Shown: positions 44,554 to 61,085 of the stretch, one piece after another
Layout of the letters: every line of letters begins with the position of its first letter
Position numbering within the stretch: position 1 is the first letter of the stretch
Assembly: GCA_964016885.1 (NCBI GenBank)
Contig: OZ024763.1
Span: 26,660,001-26,724,000 of the forward strand
Source: Eledone cirrhosa
Lineage: Eukaryota
Reading direction: 5' to 3'
DNA: 64,000 bases
Position numbers and translations under genes: made by a program
Notes under the pieces: generated by a model
Database searches by the model: none
Told to the model about the DNA's origin: nothing
The model's input: only the letters and a program-made list of their open reading frames with translations

Positions 44554-45927
44554 TATATATATATACACACTATATATATATACACACTATATATATATAC
44601 ACACTATATATATATAGTCATGCGCGCAATAAAAATTGCTTGCCAGAGAGAAAAAAAAAGCCAATTTGCTACATTAAGTTTCCTCCTACTACAACCCATC
44701 TCTCCCAGCCTCGTGTCTTTTACTCCTCCTACACCTCTACATACACACACCTTCTGCATGTGTTCTCCCCCCTTCCTCACCTCTCCTTTCCTCTCCTCCA
44801 CCTCCCACTCCCCTCGTCATGTGTTCTTCTTTTTCTCCTCCCGACCACAACACCACCACCACCACCACCACCACAATTTATTAACACCACCGCCACCATC
44901 ATCACCACTACCACCACCATCACCACCACCACCACCATCTACCACCACCACCACTACCACCATAAACCACCACAATTTATTAACACCACCGCCACCATCA
45001 TCACCACTACCGCCACCATCACCACTACCACCATAAACCACCACCACCACCACCACCACTACCAACAGCTACCACCACCACCATCACCTCCACTACTACT
45101 ACCCCCTATCTACCACTACCACCACCACCACCACTACCATCTACCACCACCACCATAAACCACCACTACCACCACCACCACTACCAACAGCTACCACCAC
45201 CACCATCACCTCCACTACTACTACCCCCTATCTACCACTACCACCACTACCCCCCCGACCATCTACCACCACCACCATAAACCACCACTACCACCACCAC
45301 CACTACCAACAGCTACCACCACCACCATCACCTCCACTACTACTACCCCCTATCTACCACTACCACCACTACCCCCCCGACCATCTACCACCACCACCAT
45401 AAACCACCACTACCACCACCACCACTACCAACAGCTACCACCACCACTGCCACCACCATCACCCCCACTACCACTACCCCCTATCTACCACTACCACCAC
45501 TACCCCCCGACCATCTACCACCACCACCACCATGACCACCACCATATACTTTCTATATGGTTTATCCTCTTCCTCCTCCTCCTCTTCTGCTCTGCTGAAC
45601 TAATCATACCTCCCACCCCTCCCCATCTGACCTGCTTTGTGTAACACAAAAACACCCAGTATTGTAGACATACACACACATATATATATACACGCATACA
45701 TATATATATGTGTGTGTATGTCTACAATACTGGGTGTTTTTATATATATACACGCATACATATATATATACACGCATACATATATATATATATATATACA
45801 TACACGTACAGAGTTACGTAGACACACACACACTTACACATGTATATAAACACACCCAGGATTATAGACACACAGACACACACGTATATATATATATATA
45901 TATACACATACACGGACAGAGTCACAT

Positions 45928-45970
<43 letters not shown>

Positions 45971-46038
45971 TAAGTACAGAAAAACACCCAGTATTGTACA
46001 CATACATACACATACATGTATATATTACACACACACAC

Positions 46039-46085
<47 letters not shown>

Positions 46086-46408
46086 TACATGCGTATTGTA
46101 GACACACACATACTTACATATACAAACACTAAGTAATGTACACACACACATATATATGTGTGTGTGCAAACACGTAATCACATACACATATACACGGATA
46201 TCAAACACAAACCATTAGTTTACACACACACACGCGCAACACACACGTGTGTGTGTGTATGTGTATGTGTGTGTAGCAACTGTTTACGTATATACAGCCA
46301 CGCACACACGCAAACTGTTGTCAGACACACAATCACATACTTACACACATAATATATGTATACACACACACAAACGTACATACAAATTGTTGTTAGACAC
46401 ACTCAGGC

Positions 46409-46445
<37 letters not shown>

Positions 46446-46535
46446 CACACAATCACATACACGCACACACATAAACATTAGACACACACACACACACATA
46501 TATACATACATATACACAATTGTTAGACACACACT

Positions 46536-46566
<31 letters not shown>

Positions 46567-47806
46567 AACACAACCAGTTGTTAGTCACACATACGCAATG
46601 TCACGTCAGCTAACAACACATCCCCCTCCCTTTTACTTATCTATTCACCTCACACTATTCCTCTTTCTAGTACACGTCACCTCACTGCTCCTTCGTCATT
46701 ATTGTTATTTTTCACTCTACCTCTCCTTCACCCTGTTCCCTCCCTCTATCTCTTTTATTTCTCTTTCTTTGTCTCTCTCTCTCTCCTTTACACATCATGT
46801 CATACACTCTCTCACCCCCTCTCTGTTATTCATAACCTAACACTCACCCCCTCTCTGTTATTCATAACCTTACTCTCTCCTCCTCTCTGCTAGTCATAAC
46901 CTAACTCTCTCCTCTTCTCTCATAAACATTACCTAACTCTCTCCCCCTCTCTTATAAATATTACCTTACTCTCTCCCCCTCTCTTGTTTATTATTTAACA
47001 TTTCCCCCTCCCTCTTATGCATAACCTAACACACTCTCTCTTTACTCTTTCCTTTACTCATCTTTACTCTCTCTCTCTCCTTTTACGTCTCCTCTGTCTC
47101 TCTCTCTCTCTTTCTCGCTTCCTCATATTCATCTCCTTACACTCTATTTCCCTCTCTTATACAACTTACGCTCTTTCTTTCTCCCTCTCCTCATTGGTTT
47201 TTATTCCCCTCCTCCTCCTCATTTCTATCTTACATGTTCTTCCCTCTCACTTTTCCCCCTATACAAACTCTTACTGTCTTTCTCTCTTAGTTCTCTCCTC
47301 CTTTCCATCACTCTTTCCCTCCATCCTACTCATGCCTCCAGCTGTTCCCACTCCTTCTCTCTCTCTCTTTCTTTTCATCTATCATCTGATCTCTCACTCC
47401 TCTTCGCTTTTATCTCACATCCCCCCCCCCCACCCCACCACCACCCAACCAACTCTCTTTATCTTTTTTTTTCTATTACACTCTCATCAACCACGTCAGC
47501 ACACACACACACACACACACACTCACTTTCTCTCTCTCTCGTTCTCTTTACCTATATATCTATATATCATCTCTCCTCTCTCTCTCTCTCTCTCTGTATA
47601 TATATATATATATATATATATCCTTTATCTTCCTCACTTATCTCATATACTCATATATTTCTTCCTCTTATCCACTTCTATATTAACTAATCGCACTCTC
47701 TCTCTCTGACCCTCTTTCTCCCCACTCTTTTTATTTCTACGTTAGTCGCTTTCCCTCACTGTTCCTCTATCTATCTATCTATCTATCTATCTATTTATTT
47801 ATCTAT

Positions 47807-47860
<54 letters not shown>

Positions 47861-47954
47861 GTCACTCACTCTCAAGGCTCTACAGTCTATCTCTCTATCA
47901 ATCTATCCATATATCTCTCTGTCTTTATTTGCTACTCCTTCACAAGACCATGCA

Positions 47955-48008
<54 letters not shown>

Positions 48009-48009
48009 A

Positions 48010-48357
48010 CCACTTTGGAAGACGAATCAGGATGGAGAGAGAGGTGCTGTACCCCAGCAAGTTTTATGAAAGGTGGGTGAAAGTGGCGAGAATGGGCCTT
48101 CTCTCTATATCAGCCTGTAGGTTGAGGAAAAAGAGGAAGAGAGGAAAGGGGTACAAACTATTCGTACTCCTGGAGATGAGGGTTGCACATTTTTTCGGGG
48201 GTATGTGTTACCCATATGTAATGTCTCCCCCTATTGGGGAAAATCGATTAACTTTTAAATTGCATTTGTGATAGTATTTTACGTTTTTATTGTATGTAAA
48301 CTTCCCCCTTTGTATGTGTCCCCTTCTTTTGTGCCCCTATGGCTAATAAAGAAACAT
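48010..48357 (+). mobile_element. 3' remnant of an L1/Tx1-type LINE in (TCTA)n
   Basis: [25 protein letters not shown] aligns with RRVRVEREVLPPSTFAKRWVNVARM of the 21.4-kb ORF. It ends GGCTAATAAAGAAAC. Confidence 0.75.
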
Positions 48358-48369
48358 ATCTATCTAACT

Positions 48370-49515
<1,146 letters not shown>

Positions 49516-49715
49516 GATTAACAAAACACTATTTGCCAATGACGTCTTCTTCTTATACTTCTTATACTTCTTATACTTCTTATACTTCTTATACTTCAAG
49601 ATTAACAGATGAAAAGCATTATTAATAAACCTCATTAAAGTACCAGTAATACACTGGGTTATTGCTGGCCTTGTGTCAAAAGTGGAAACAATTATTTATA
49701 AACCGCATTTCACAC

Positions 49716-49767
<52 letters not shown>

Positions 49768-49924
49768 ATTGCACACAAACACAAACGCACACACATTCAT
49801 CGCACACAAACACAAACGCACACACATTCATTGCACACAAACACAAACACACACACACGCATTCATTGCACACAAACACAAACACACACATTCATTGCAC
49901 ACAAACACACACTCATGTACATAC

Positions 49925-49980
<56 letters not shown>

Positions 49981-50124
49981 ATTATTATTATTAATAAAGT
50001 ACCAGTAATGTACTGGGTATTTGCTGGCCTTGTGCCTAAAGATGAAACAATTATTATTATTATTAATATATATAGTATTCAAAATATTAACAAATGAAAG
50101 ATATTCACATAATCAAAATATATG

Positions 50125-50187
50125 CTTTATTATATATATTTCAAAGGTACTGTGTTGTTTTTTTCAGTACGTCTTCATCAGATAAAA
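50125..50187 (-). ncRNA. Type I hammerhead motif
   Basis: ttttat-CTGATGA-agacgtactg aaaaaacaaca cagtaccttt-GAAA-TATATA-TA-ataaag. Confidence 0.75.
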
Positions 50188-50251
50188 TATATGATTTGAT
50201 ATATGACATACTGCTACCGTCTTGATTATACAATTCCAATATTGCGGTATG

Positions 50252-50339
<88 letters not shown>

Positions 50340-50346
50340 TTATATT

Positions 50347-50377
<31 letters not shown>

Positions 50378-50532
50378 ATTAAAGAGTTAAACAAGATTCA
50401 ATGAGTATATCAAAGAATGAGTTTTACAGTAGATTGGAAGCACTCTACGAAAAAATAATTTTCCAGAGTTATTAATATTAAAATACAAATATTAATAAAA
50501 TATTAATAAAATAGATGTTCTTTTGATCAATT

Positions 50533-50589
50533 ACATTTTATTATACATATTTCAGAGGTACAACAGTACGTTCTCATCAGACAAAATAT
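50533..50589 (-). ncRNA. Type I hammerhead motif
   Basis: tattttgt-CTGATGA-gaacgtac tgtt gtacctct-GAAA-TATGTA-TA-ataaaatg. Confidence 0.75.
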
Positions 50590-50665
50590 AATGATACATG
50601 ACATACCCTGAGATGTTAAATGGTTAAGATTTAATCAAGCTAGTATATATATATATAAATATATA

Positions 50666-50829
<164 letters not shown>

Positions 50830-51321
50830 TATATAAATAGAGATATATATATAGAGATATAGAGATAGATATATATATTTATATATATATATATATTTAT
50901 ATACATATATATATATATTTATATACATATATATGTATATATATATTATATATTTATATATATCTATATATCTATATGTATGTATATATATATATGTGTG
51001 TGTGCATGTGTGTTGAAATATATGGCAACGAATGAATGTACGTATCAGAACGACGGTCATGCTGGAGCCTCGTCTTCCTAGATAAATATTCTCATGTTTG
51101 TATGTATGTATGTATGTTTGTATATATGTATGTATATGTGTATGTATGTATATGTATGTATATATATATATATATAGAGAGAGAAAGGACCATATATCCA
51201 TTTGTGTGTATGAATGTATGTATGTATGCATGTATGTATGTATGTATATATATATATACACACACATACATATACACACACAAATGATGAGGATATGGTC
51301 CTTTTTCTGTCTCTCTCCCTC

Positions 51322-51362
<41 letters not shown>

Positions 51363-51384
51363 TTTACATTTGAATTATATATGT

Positions 51385-51845
51385 ATGTATATTTCTCTTT
51401 CTCTTAATTTCGAGTACATTTTTGACCGGCCACCTTCCTGGTGGCACTGATTGTAAAAGAAAAGAATGTATGTATGTATGTATGTAGTACCGTATGTGTA
51501 TATGAGTTGTCTCGTTCTCTTAATTTTGAGCTTACTTTTTACCAGCCACCATCTTGGTGGCAAGATTATAAAATAAAGGAAATTCTCGTACTCCCTTGTC
51601 CAATCGTTCATCCTTTGAATCCTGAGAATAATTTATACCTTTTGAAGGTTCCAAGTATCCTGGCCATTTGTAGTTTATGAATTAAAGAGCCGTGATCTTT
51701 CTCTACAAATCCAAATCCAGTTATATTTTGGTATATTTTGGTATATATCCTGTAGCTCCAATAGTAATAGGTATGAAACTGTACATGTTTCTTGGGTACT
51801 GGACTTGGAAACTCCTCATCAGCGGTCCGTAGTTATCCTCCTGTG
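51385..51845 (-). mobile_element. 3' remnant of an RLE-type non-LTR element (R4/Dong- or NeSL-like) with duplicated 3' end
   Basis: EDNYGPLMRSFQVQYPRNMYSFIPITIGATGYIPK fits the K..Y..L...PI.IGA.G RLE C-terminus. The tail GCCACCA.GA.GGTGGC.GGT.AAAA..TTAAGAGAA occurs twice, each followed by (TACA)n. Confidence 0.65.
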
Positions 51846-51852
51846 TGTGTAT

Positions 51853-51944
51853 AAGCGCCTGAAGAGAGGACTCAATTTTGATCCCTCTTGTGTATTCTGA
51901 AGACGTGGGGTCAATGTTGGGCCTTGAAACCTTGGTTAGCGCTT
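51853..51944 (+). ncRNA. Type I hammerhead motif with extended helix II
   Basis: aagcgc-CTGAAGA-gaggactcaa..ttgatccc...ggggtcaa..ttgggcctt-GAAA-CCTTGG-TT-(a)gcgctt. Confidence 0.7.
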
Positions 51945-52263
51945 TTGTTTCGTGTATGAACATTAATATATATATATATATATCTAAGGCGGGGTATGAC
52001 ATTAAACTACATCCAGTGGCAAGGCTCCAGTTCGGGAGTTCAGGAGTTGTGGGGAATGTGGAGTTACCCCTTAGTTGTCATAACTCCCAGGTCTGCCCTG
52101 GCCCGGAGTAGTAGTACCTGTTGGGGCTCCATTTATGGGTTAAATAACTACCCTATTCGAGTGGCGCCGGTAAGGTATTGTCAGCCATTGAAAAGAAAAT
52201 ATATATATATATATATATATACAATATTAAATAAATGGAAAACTATATTTATAAAACCATATC

Positions 52264-52329
52264 TATTTCATTATATATATTTCGGGGATATCATATTAAC
52301 AATATGCTATGCCTTCATCAGACAAAATA
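52264..52329 (-). ncRNA. Type I hammerhead motif (same family as 11387)
   Basis: tattttgt-CTGATGA-aggcatagcatatt gtt aatatgatatcccc-GAAA-TATATA-TA-atgaaata. Confidence 0.72.
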
Positions 52330-52411
52330 CAATATAAACAGTTTTATAGATAAATATATTCGACATACCGTAATAAACATCGACTTCATTTGAAGAGGTT
52401 TACGCTAGCAG

Positions 52412-52445
<34 letters not shown>

Positions 52446-52449
52446 ACAC

Positions 52450-52549
<100 letters not shown>

Positions 52550-52622
52550 TGAGAGAGGGGTGGGTGGAGAAAGGTTACATAGAAGGAATCTGAATAGAGT
52601 TAATGATTTGAAAGAATTATTT

Positions 52623-52750
52623 TCTGTCTGATGGTCCTACTAGTGTGTAGGTGAAACTCCAGAGTAACAAGACTCACCACTTAGCTTTATTAAATGTATA
52701 TTTAAACTCTACTTCGGTATTGAGTACTTTATCTCACATCCGTGATATAT
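52623..52750 (+). mobile_element. Family F element: hammerhead with A9G change (52623-52672) plus 3' tail
   Basis: tctgt-CTGATGG-tcctac tagtgt gtaggt-GAAA-CTC ca GAG-TA-acaaga. A homologue lies at 54705-54830. Confidence 0.65.
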
Positions 52751-52785
52751 ATAATACACTTTTATATATATCCATCTCTCTCTCT

Positions 52786-52878
<93 letters not shown>

Positions 52879-53264
52879 ACATAGAAAACAATCAAATGTT
52901 TGTTTAATGCATCTAATTGTTAATTTTCTTACTGGTAATTGGGTAATACAAAATATTACCCTTATCTTATTTGTAATTATATATATAAGTATAAATATTA
53001 TATATATATATATATATATATAGATAGATAGATAGATAGATATATAAATATATATATATACACACACACATCTATCTATTTCTCTCTCTCTCTCTATATA
53101 TATATATATTATATATATATAAATACGTTTTAAACACAAATGTATGGTACCTAAGGTTTCAAACACCATCTAGCATAGGACATAAACATTCTACACCTGC
53201 CAGTTTAGTGATCTTCAAGCAAAACCAAGATGGCCGAACATGTGCGCTTGACACACACACACAC

Positions 53265-53308
<44 letters not shown>

Positions 53309-54195
53309 AAAAAAGATGAGATCGAAAATGCAACTGTTGCATTTTCGATTTCATCTTTTTTCCTTATACTTTCACTCGTGTAGGACATCTCGTTTTTTTT
53401 TTTTTTCATTAAAAAAAACCCTCATTTTCTTATATATATCTACATACACACACACATATATATGTGTGTGAGGCGCGTGGCTTAGTTGTTAGGGTGTTCG
53501 ACTCACTATTTTAACGTGTTAAGCTTTATTCCCAGCGGTTCATTGTATTTTGAGCAACACATTATATCTTACTCAAGTAATAATTCATCTCTTGAATCTA
53601 CCATTCATCGTGACACGCTCAATCTCCTGAATTTTTTTTCTCCACCAAAACCTATTTAATTTCAATCCAATATGAAGCATCTAAGCTATCGCTCGACCTG
53701 GTAGAAGTAGCAATTAAATCTATCGCAAATGACGGTATTTCAATGAGGATGAGAAATGGTTGGCGGGAGAACACATAATATAATATATTTTCTTAGTTCA
53801 GACTCAAGGAGTTGGTGTTAAACCTAACACAACTTAGCGTCCGAAACGTTAAAACGTAATTCATTAAGCGTGAAACTAATATATATATATATCTTCATTT
53901 CATTGTACTTTATCGTCTGTTGTGTTTTTCCCTTTTACTTTTCACACATGAAGGACCGTGACAAATGGAGAGATGGTGTGCTGAATAGGACCCGTCCAAC
54001 TCTTGCAAGCAGGGAAAAGCGGACGTAAAATGATGATGATGATGTTATATACATACATACATACACACACATTAGTATAGTTCATAACCATGGTTATATA
54101 TATATATATAACTATTTTTCCCATTTTGACGCTATAGTCACTTATATATTATGGAATACTGTTGGCTTTTTGCTACAATATTTTCTATACCTTTC

Positions 54196-54245
<50 letters not shown>

Positions 54246-54466
54246 TCGGTTAGCTTTCCCCTGTGTTGTTTACTTGTCTCACTCGCTTTACGCGTTTTAA
54301 TTGTCCTAATAACTTATTTTAGTTATTATTGCACCAACGTGAGGTATATGATTTTTAATGCAATGAAATACCAATGACCGTTGGCAAATCACTGATGAGG
54401 GACTCATTTTATAACATGTTATCCATGTGCAACCATGCAGTATTCTTCTCCCCATATTTTTCACAC

Positions 54467-54546
<80 letters not shown>

Positions 54547-54704
54547 AAAAAGATGAGTATTGACGTACATGTACGTCAATACTCATCTTTTTCCATTTAT
54601 CTGAGGGTTCTAAGCCCCATTATCAGACTAAAATTTCTTTAGTCAAAGAATAGGGTGAAAGCTATTCTATTTTCTAATATATATATATATGTGTGTGTGT
54701 TTAT

Positions 54705-54830
54705 ATATGTTCATTTTATTAAGGCTAACTAGTGAGGTTTGTTACTGGAGTTTCACCTGTTTATCACAGATGAAACTCCAGATTAACAAGACTCATGATT
54801 TAGCCTTAATAAAATGAATATTAAAACTTT
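54705..54830. mobile_element. Family F element folded back at helix II
   Basis: TTCATTTTATTAAGGCTAA...CTGGAGTTTCA cctg tttatca caga TGAAACTCCAG...TTAGCCTTAATAAAATGAA. Confidence 0.7.
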
Positions 54831-54854
54831 ATTTCTTAGCCATCAACCACATAC

Positions 54855-54982
<128 letters not shown>

Positions 54983-55015
54983 TGGATTAAATGCTCTGAA
55001 ATAGCGATATATATG

Positions 55016-55304
55016 TGAAGATAGACATAGAATATTCGAAAATATTCTGTATGTTTATAATAAACATTTTGAAGACCTAATCGCTATAGAATAGAATACG
55101 TCACGTATTACAATTAGATTCTCGATAAAAGCACTGGATATGTAATCCTGAAGATTTCTAATAAGAATGAAACGCGTAGGTTACTTCCCTTGCTTTTATC
55201 GAGAATCTAATTGTAATACGTGACGTATTCTATTCTATAGCGATTAGGTCTTCAAAATGTTTATTATAAACATACAGAATATTTTCGAATATTCTATGTC
55301 TATC

Positions 55305-55308
<4 letters not shown>
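55016..55308. mobile_element. ~117-bp inverted repeat enclosing a hammerhead
   Basis: 55016-55133 is the reverse complement of 55191-55308. Flanked by (TA)n. Confidence 0.85.
55142..55184 (+). ncRNA. Minimal type I hammerhead ribozyme motif
   Basis: gtaatc-CTGAAGA-tttct aata agaat-GAAA-CGCG-TA-ggttac. Confidence 0.82.
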
Positions 55309-55342
<34 letters not shown>

Positions 55343-55413
55343 CAAAGGGATATCCAGGTAAAACTCGAACCGTGAAGATCTCGGATATGTCAATATTTAT
55401 AAAACAAACTTTG

Positions 55414-55472
55414 TATTTTATCTGATGAGTGCGTACCAAAGTTTTGGTACCCTTGAAATATATAATATAATA
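55414..55472 (+). ncRNA. Type I hammerhead motif (11387 family)
   Basis: tattttat-CTGATGA-gtgcgtaccaaa gt tttggtaccctt-GAAA-TATA-TA-atataata. Confidence 0.68.
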
Positions 55473-55497
55473 AATATGGTTTTATAAATATATATAT

Positions 55498-55832
55498 GGA
55501 GGCACATGGCTTAGTGGTTAGAGCATTGGCCTTGCAATCGAAAGGTTGTGAGTTCAATTCTCAGACCGGGTGATGTGTTGTTTCCTTAAGCAAGACACTT
55601 TATTTCACATTGCTCCAGTTTACTCAGCTGTAGAAATGAGATGATAGGGACTGGGGTCCCTATCATTCCACTGTAAAGTGGTTGTGGAGGTGCCACGGCA
55701 AAAAGCACCCAGCACTCACTGTAAATGAGGTTGGTGTTAGGAAGGGCATCCAGCTGTAGAAATCAAGCCAGAATCAGTTCGCGTCCCACCCTTGCAAGCA
55801 GGGAAAAGCAGACATAAAATGAAATGAAATGA
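55498..55832 (+). mobile_element. Full-length tRNA/CORE-like SINE with (AAATG)n tail
   Basis: A-box TGGCTTAGTGG, B-box GAGTTCAATTC, and CCTTAAGCAAGACACTT. The tail also occurs at 53990-54043. Confidence 0.85.
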
Positions 55833-56152
55833 AGTTTCCATTTATTAATATCATTTATATATATATATATATTATTATTATTATAAAGTACCAGTAATAC
55901 ACTGGGTAATTGCTGCCCTTGTGCCAAAAGTAGAAACAATTATTATTATTATTATTAGTACAGATTAAAGTTAAAGCTACGAATTTCTGCTTTCACAAAA
56001 AGCAAAAATTCTTTGCTTGAACTTTAATCTGTACTAATAATATATATATATACAGTCCTTATTGAGCCCACTTCGGATTGTGGTCTGTGTGTATGTATAT
56101 ATATATATTGTTATACTTGGGGAGGGTCATAGTGTTGTAATATTGCCAGAAA

Positions 56153-56334
56153 TAATTGTTTCTACTTTTGGCACAAGGCCAGCAATTAACCAGTACATTA
56201 CTGGTACTTTATTTTATCGACCCCGTAAGGATGAAAGGCAAAGTTAACCTCGGCGGAATTTTAACTCACACCGTAAAGAGACGTAACTATGCTGGAAAGC
56301 ATGGCGTCCGACTCTCTACCGATACTGCCAATTC
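56153..56334 (-). mobile_element. Family A SINE
   Basis: Near-full-length match to 36613-36803. Confidence 0.85.
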
Positions 56335-56428
56335 GAAATAATAACAGAACACACTCATGTTTGGTTGGGTTTTGCTTCTGTATCTTTTATATCTCCATAG
56401 TTAATTTATTTGGCAATCAATGTTTATC

Positions 56429-56499
<71 letters not shown>

Positions 56500-57149
56500 T
56501 TGTGTGTGTGTATATTTACAATATATACTCTCTAATTTCCCAAGTATTTAGTACTTAGCTGAATATGGATCTTACTAGTCTAAACACACACACACACATA
56601 TATATATATATACACATACATACATATATATATATACACACACACACGGGGTGGTGTGGTGATGGGAAGGCAATTTTATAAGCTAAAGTATTAACAGATG
56701 ATCGAAAGATATCTCCACGTTCGTTGCTAGGCAACTATCGGCCAGTCTACAGATGTAGAATCTTGATAAAACAGACGTCAAGAAACAGGTATGGTTACCA
56801 TGGAGACAAGAGCCGGTGTACATTAAAAATAGAAGAGAACCAACACACACACAAATAAACATACACTGGGGGGAAAAGCCTATACACACACTTGAACAAA
56901 CATACATTGGAAAAAAAACCTATATACACATACTTGAATAAACATACATTGGAAAAAAAAACCTATATACACACACTTGAACAGAACTCGGCGCATACAC
57001 ATAGAAAACACAACCACGTACACCGACACACTTAAGCAAACACAGACACACTTGGGAAAACACAGTCACACATGGGCAAACCTAGACACACACACACACT
57101 TGAAAAAAAACTAGGCGTATACACACAGAGAGGCAAACCCCGACACACA

Positions 57150-57880
57150 TAGACACACTGAGGCAATCCTACCCACACATCGACGCTTGAGGCAATCCTA
57201 GACACACATCGACACACTGAGGCAATCCTAGACACACAGAAGCAATCCTAGACACACAGAGGCAATCCTAGACACTCAGAGGCAACCCTAGACACACAGA
57301 GGCAATCCTAAATACACATAAACACACATAGGCAATCCTAGACACACATAGACACACTGAGGCAATCCTAGACACGCAGAGGCAATCCTAGACAAACAGA
57401 GGCAATCCTAGACACACATATACACACATAGGCAATCCTAGACATACATAGACACACTGAGGCAATCCTAGACACACAGAAGCAATCCTAGACACACAGA
57501 GGCAATCCTAGACACACTGAGGCAATCCTACAGACACTGAGGCAATCCTAGACATACTGAGGCAATCCTAGACACACAGAGGCAATCCTAGACACACTGA
57601 GGCAATCCTAGACACACAGAGGCAATCCTAGACACACTGAGGCAATCCTACACACACTGAGGCAATCCTAGACACACTGAGGCAATCCTAGACACACAGA
57701 GGCAATCCTAGACACACTGAGGCAATCCTACACACACTGAGGCAATCCTACACACACTGAGGCAATCCTACACACACTGAGGCAATCCTAGACACACTGA
57801 GGCAATCCTAGACACACAGAGGCAATCCTAGACACACTGAGGCAATCCTAGACACACTGAGGCAATCTTAGACACACACA
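57150..57880. repeat. 20-bp minisatellite GAGGCAATCCTAGACACAC(T/A), 30 or more copies
   Basis: Head-to-tail with no spacers. Confidence 0.92.
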
Positions 57881-58255
57881 GGAAAAGAACTAGACGCATA
57901 CACACATAAAACAAAACCAAACACACTGAGGCAATCCTACACACACACACACGTGAACAAAACTAGACACACACACACATAAAACAAAACCCACACACTC
58001 ATTGAGGCAATCCTAGACACACACACACACTTGAACAAAATTAGGCACACACACAGACAGGCACGCTGAGGAGCAACACACACACACACAACCCAGGTTT
58101 CTAATTTGAACTGAATGTAAGGCAGCAGTCAGCCATTGTTGAAAGTTCAATAATACTTCATCCTACACACACGTGTGTGTGTATAATATATTTATACATA
58201 CGCACGCAAACACGTGTATATATACATTTATATGTATGTATATATACATTTTATA

Positions 58256-58327
<72 letters not shown>

Positions 58328-58449
58328 GAAAAAAAGTCAGGACCCCGACGGCTGAGCTCCGGCCGTTTCGACAGCTAGATCTGAACTAACTCACGTATGT
58401 GTACATACATGTATATATATAGTCGATCACTATAATAGATGAAACCTGT

Positions 58450-58486
<37 letters not shown>

Positions 58487-58594
58487 CGTGCGTGTATATG
58501 TGTGTGTATGTGTGTGTGCGTGTGTGTGTATAGTGTGTGTATATATGTGTGTGTGTGTGTGTGCGTGTGTGTGTATAGTGTGTGGATATATATA

Positions 58595-58786
58595 TAACGA
58601 AGGAAATGTGGTAAGGAACCAGGTGGACCATAACGCACCAAAGTACTCAATACTTAAGGTAGTAGAGTGGGTAATAGGAAACGAGTAGGACCCCGACGGC
58701 TGAGCTCAAGCCGTTTCGACGGCTAATTCAGTCCAGAATTAGCCGTCGAAACGGCTTGAGCTCAGCCGTCGGGGTCCTACTCGTTT

Positions 58787-58792
<6 letters not shown>
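58595..58792 (-). mobile_element. Family C element with a perfect 56-bp palindrome arm pair
   Basis: Arms 58674-58729 and 58736-58791 around the loop AGTCCA. A half copy lies at 58326-58380. Confidence 0.88.
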
Positions 58793-58850
<58 letters not shown>

Positions 58851-59092
58851 TAGATAGATAGTATATTATATTGAAGGGACTTCAAGCAAGATTACTCCTC
58901 ATCTACACATACACAATACACACACACACATATACATATATATATATATATGTATGTATATTGTGTATATGTAGGTGAGGAATAATCTTGCTTGGAGTCC
59001 CTTCAATATAATATACTATCTAAGATAGAAAGTAATTTTGGACCCTTGCTACAGCCCAGTTAGTAACCCCTCATCTTTAATCCGCCATTGCT

Positions 59093-59136
<44 letters not shown>

Positions 59137-59159
59137 TTGTGTGTGTGTGTATATATATA

Positions 59160-59335
<176 letters not shown>

Positions 59336-59970
59336 TATATATATATATATAATATATATATAATATATATATTATTTATATATATATATAATATATATAT
59401 ATATAATATATATATATTATTTATATATATATATAATATATATATATATATAATATATATATATATATAATATATATATATATATAAATATATATATTAA
59501 TATATATATATGTGTGTGCGTGTGTGAGAGCATATATGTATAATATATATGCACCCATGTATATGTATATGTATATGTATATATATATATATAAGACCGT
59601 CTTCACGCCAGGATTGGAATGTACGAGAATATCTCTGTGTCTGCAAAAGAGGCGGAGCTGGGTGAGGTGTGAGGTTATATTAGCCATTATAACTAACACA
59701 CACGGAGAAGGAGATTGTGGGGAAGGGGGTCGGGGTCGGCAGAGTCTATTTTCTTCCCTAGTTAATTAATAATCATTTTATCTAAATTACTAGATTTTTA
59801 AAACTAATTATTAAATTCTTTATCATTTATATTATATGTATATATATTTTAAGATTATCTTTCCTTTAATGTGAAAGAAGAAGAAATAGAATTTTTTGAA
59901 ATTCCCTGTCGTGATATGTATACTCTAACTCCTACCCTCTATTAATATTATTAACTGTAACATGGCCTTC

Positions 59971-60035
<65 letters not shown>

Positions 60036-60219
60036 ACCCTTTGATCTCTAGCACTCCCCTGAAAAAAAATATTTAAAATATTGGTAAGGAATTCAGTTAG
60101 GAATCCGTGATAAAGGTTTATCCTTACCCCACCCCACTACAACTTGTTAGCTTAATTAACCCACATATTCTTATTCTTCTTGTTTATAAATTCAAACACG
60201 TCATAGCCTGGATAATTAT

Positions 60220-60221
60220 GA

Positions 60222-60253
<32 letters not shown>

Positions 60254-60255
60254 GT

Positions 60256-60287
<32 letters not shown>

Positions 60288-60318
60288 GTATATATATATG
60301 TATATGTATATATATATG

Positions 60319-60353
<35 letters not shown>

Positions 60354-60468
60354 GTATATATGTATATATATATGTATATATGTATATACATATATATATA
60401 TGTGTATGTATATAAATATGTATATATATATGTATATATATATATACATATATATATATATGTGTATG

Positions 60469-60517
<49 letters not shown>

Positions 60518-60601
60518 GTGTGTATATATGTATATATATACATATATATATACATATATATATATATACATATACATATATATATATACATATATATATA
60601 C

Positions 60602-60654
<53 letters not shown>

Positions 60655-60812
60655 CACATATATATATATACATATATATATATATACATATATATATATA
60701 TGTATATATATATGTATATATATATATATATATGTATATGTATATTAATATGTATATATATATGTATATGTATATATATATATATGTATATATATATGTA
60801 TATATGTATATA

Positions 60813-60850
<38 letters not shown>

Positions 60851-60997
60851 AATATATATATATATGTATATATATATATATGTATGTATATATATGTATA
60901 TATATATATATGTATATATATATGTGTGTGTATATATGTATATATATATGTATATACATATATATATATACAATATACATATATATACATATATATG

Positions 60998-61038
<41 letters not shown>

Positions 61039-61085
61039 GTATATATGTATATATATATGTATATATGTATATATATATATATATT
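60220..61085. repeat. Interrupted (TA)n tract
   Basis: Directly visible. Confidence 0.95.

Noticed and set aside
51775-51826. CTGATGA...GAAACATGTA on the minus strand
   Set aside because: Helices I and II pair poorly and the motif lies within the RLE coding remnant, so it is likely chance.
53800-53880. Hairpin followed by TCCGAAACGTT and the tail shared with 14455
   Set aside because: Probably a decayed family member, but no CUGANGA core is visible, so it is not called.
54385-54415. CTGATGAG motif
   Set aside because: No downstream helix II or GAAA.
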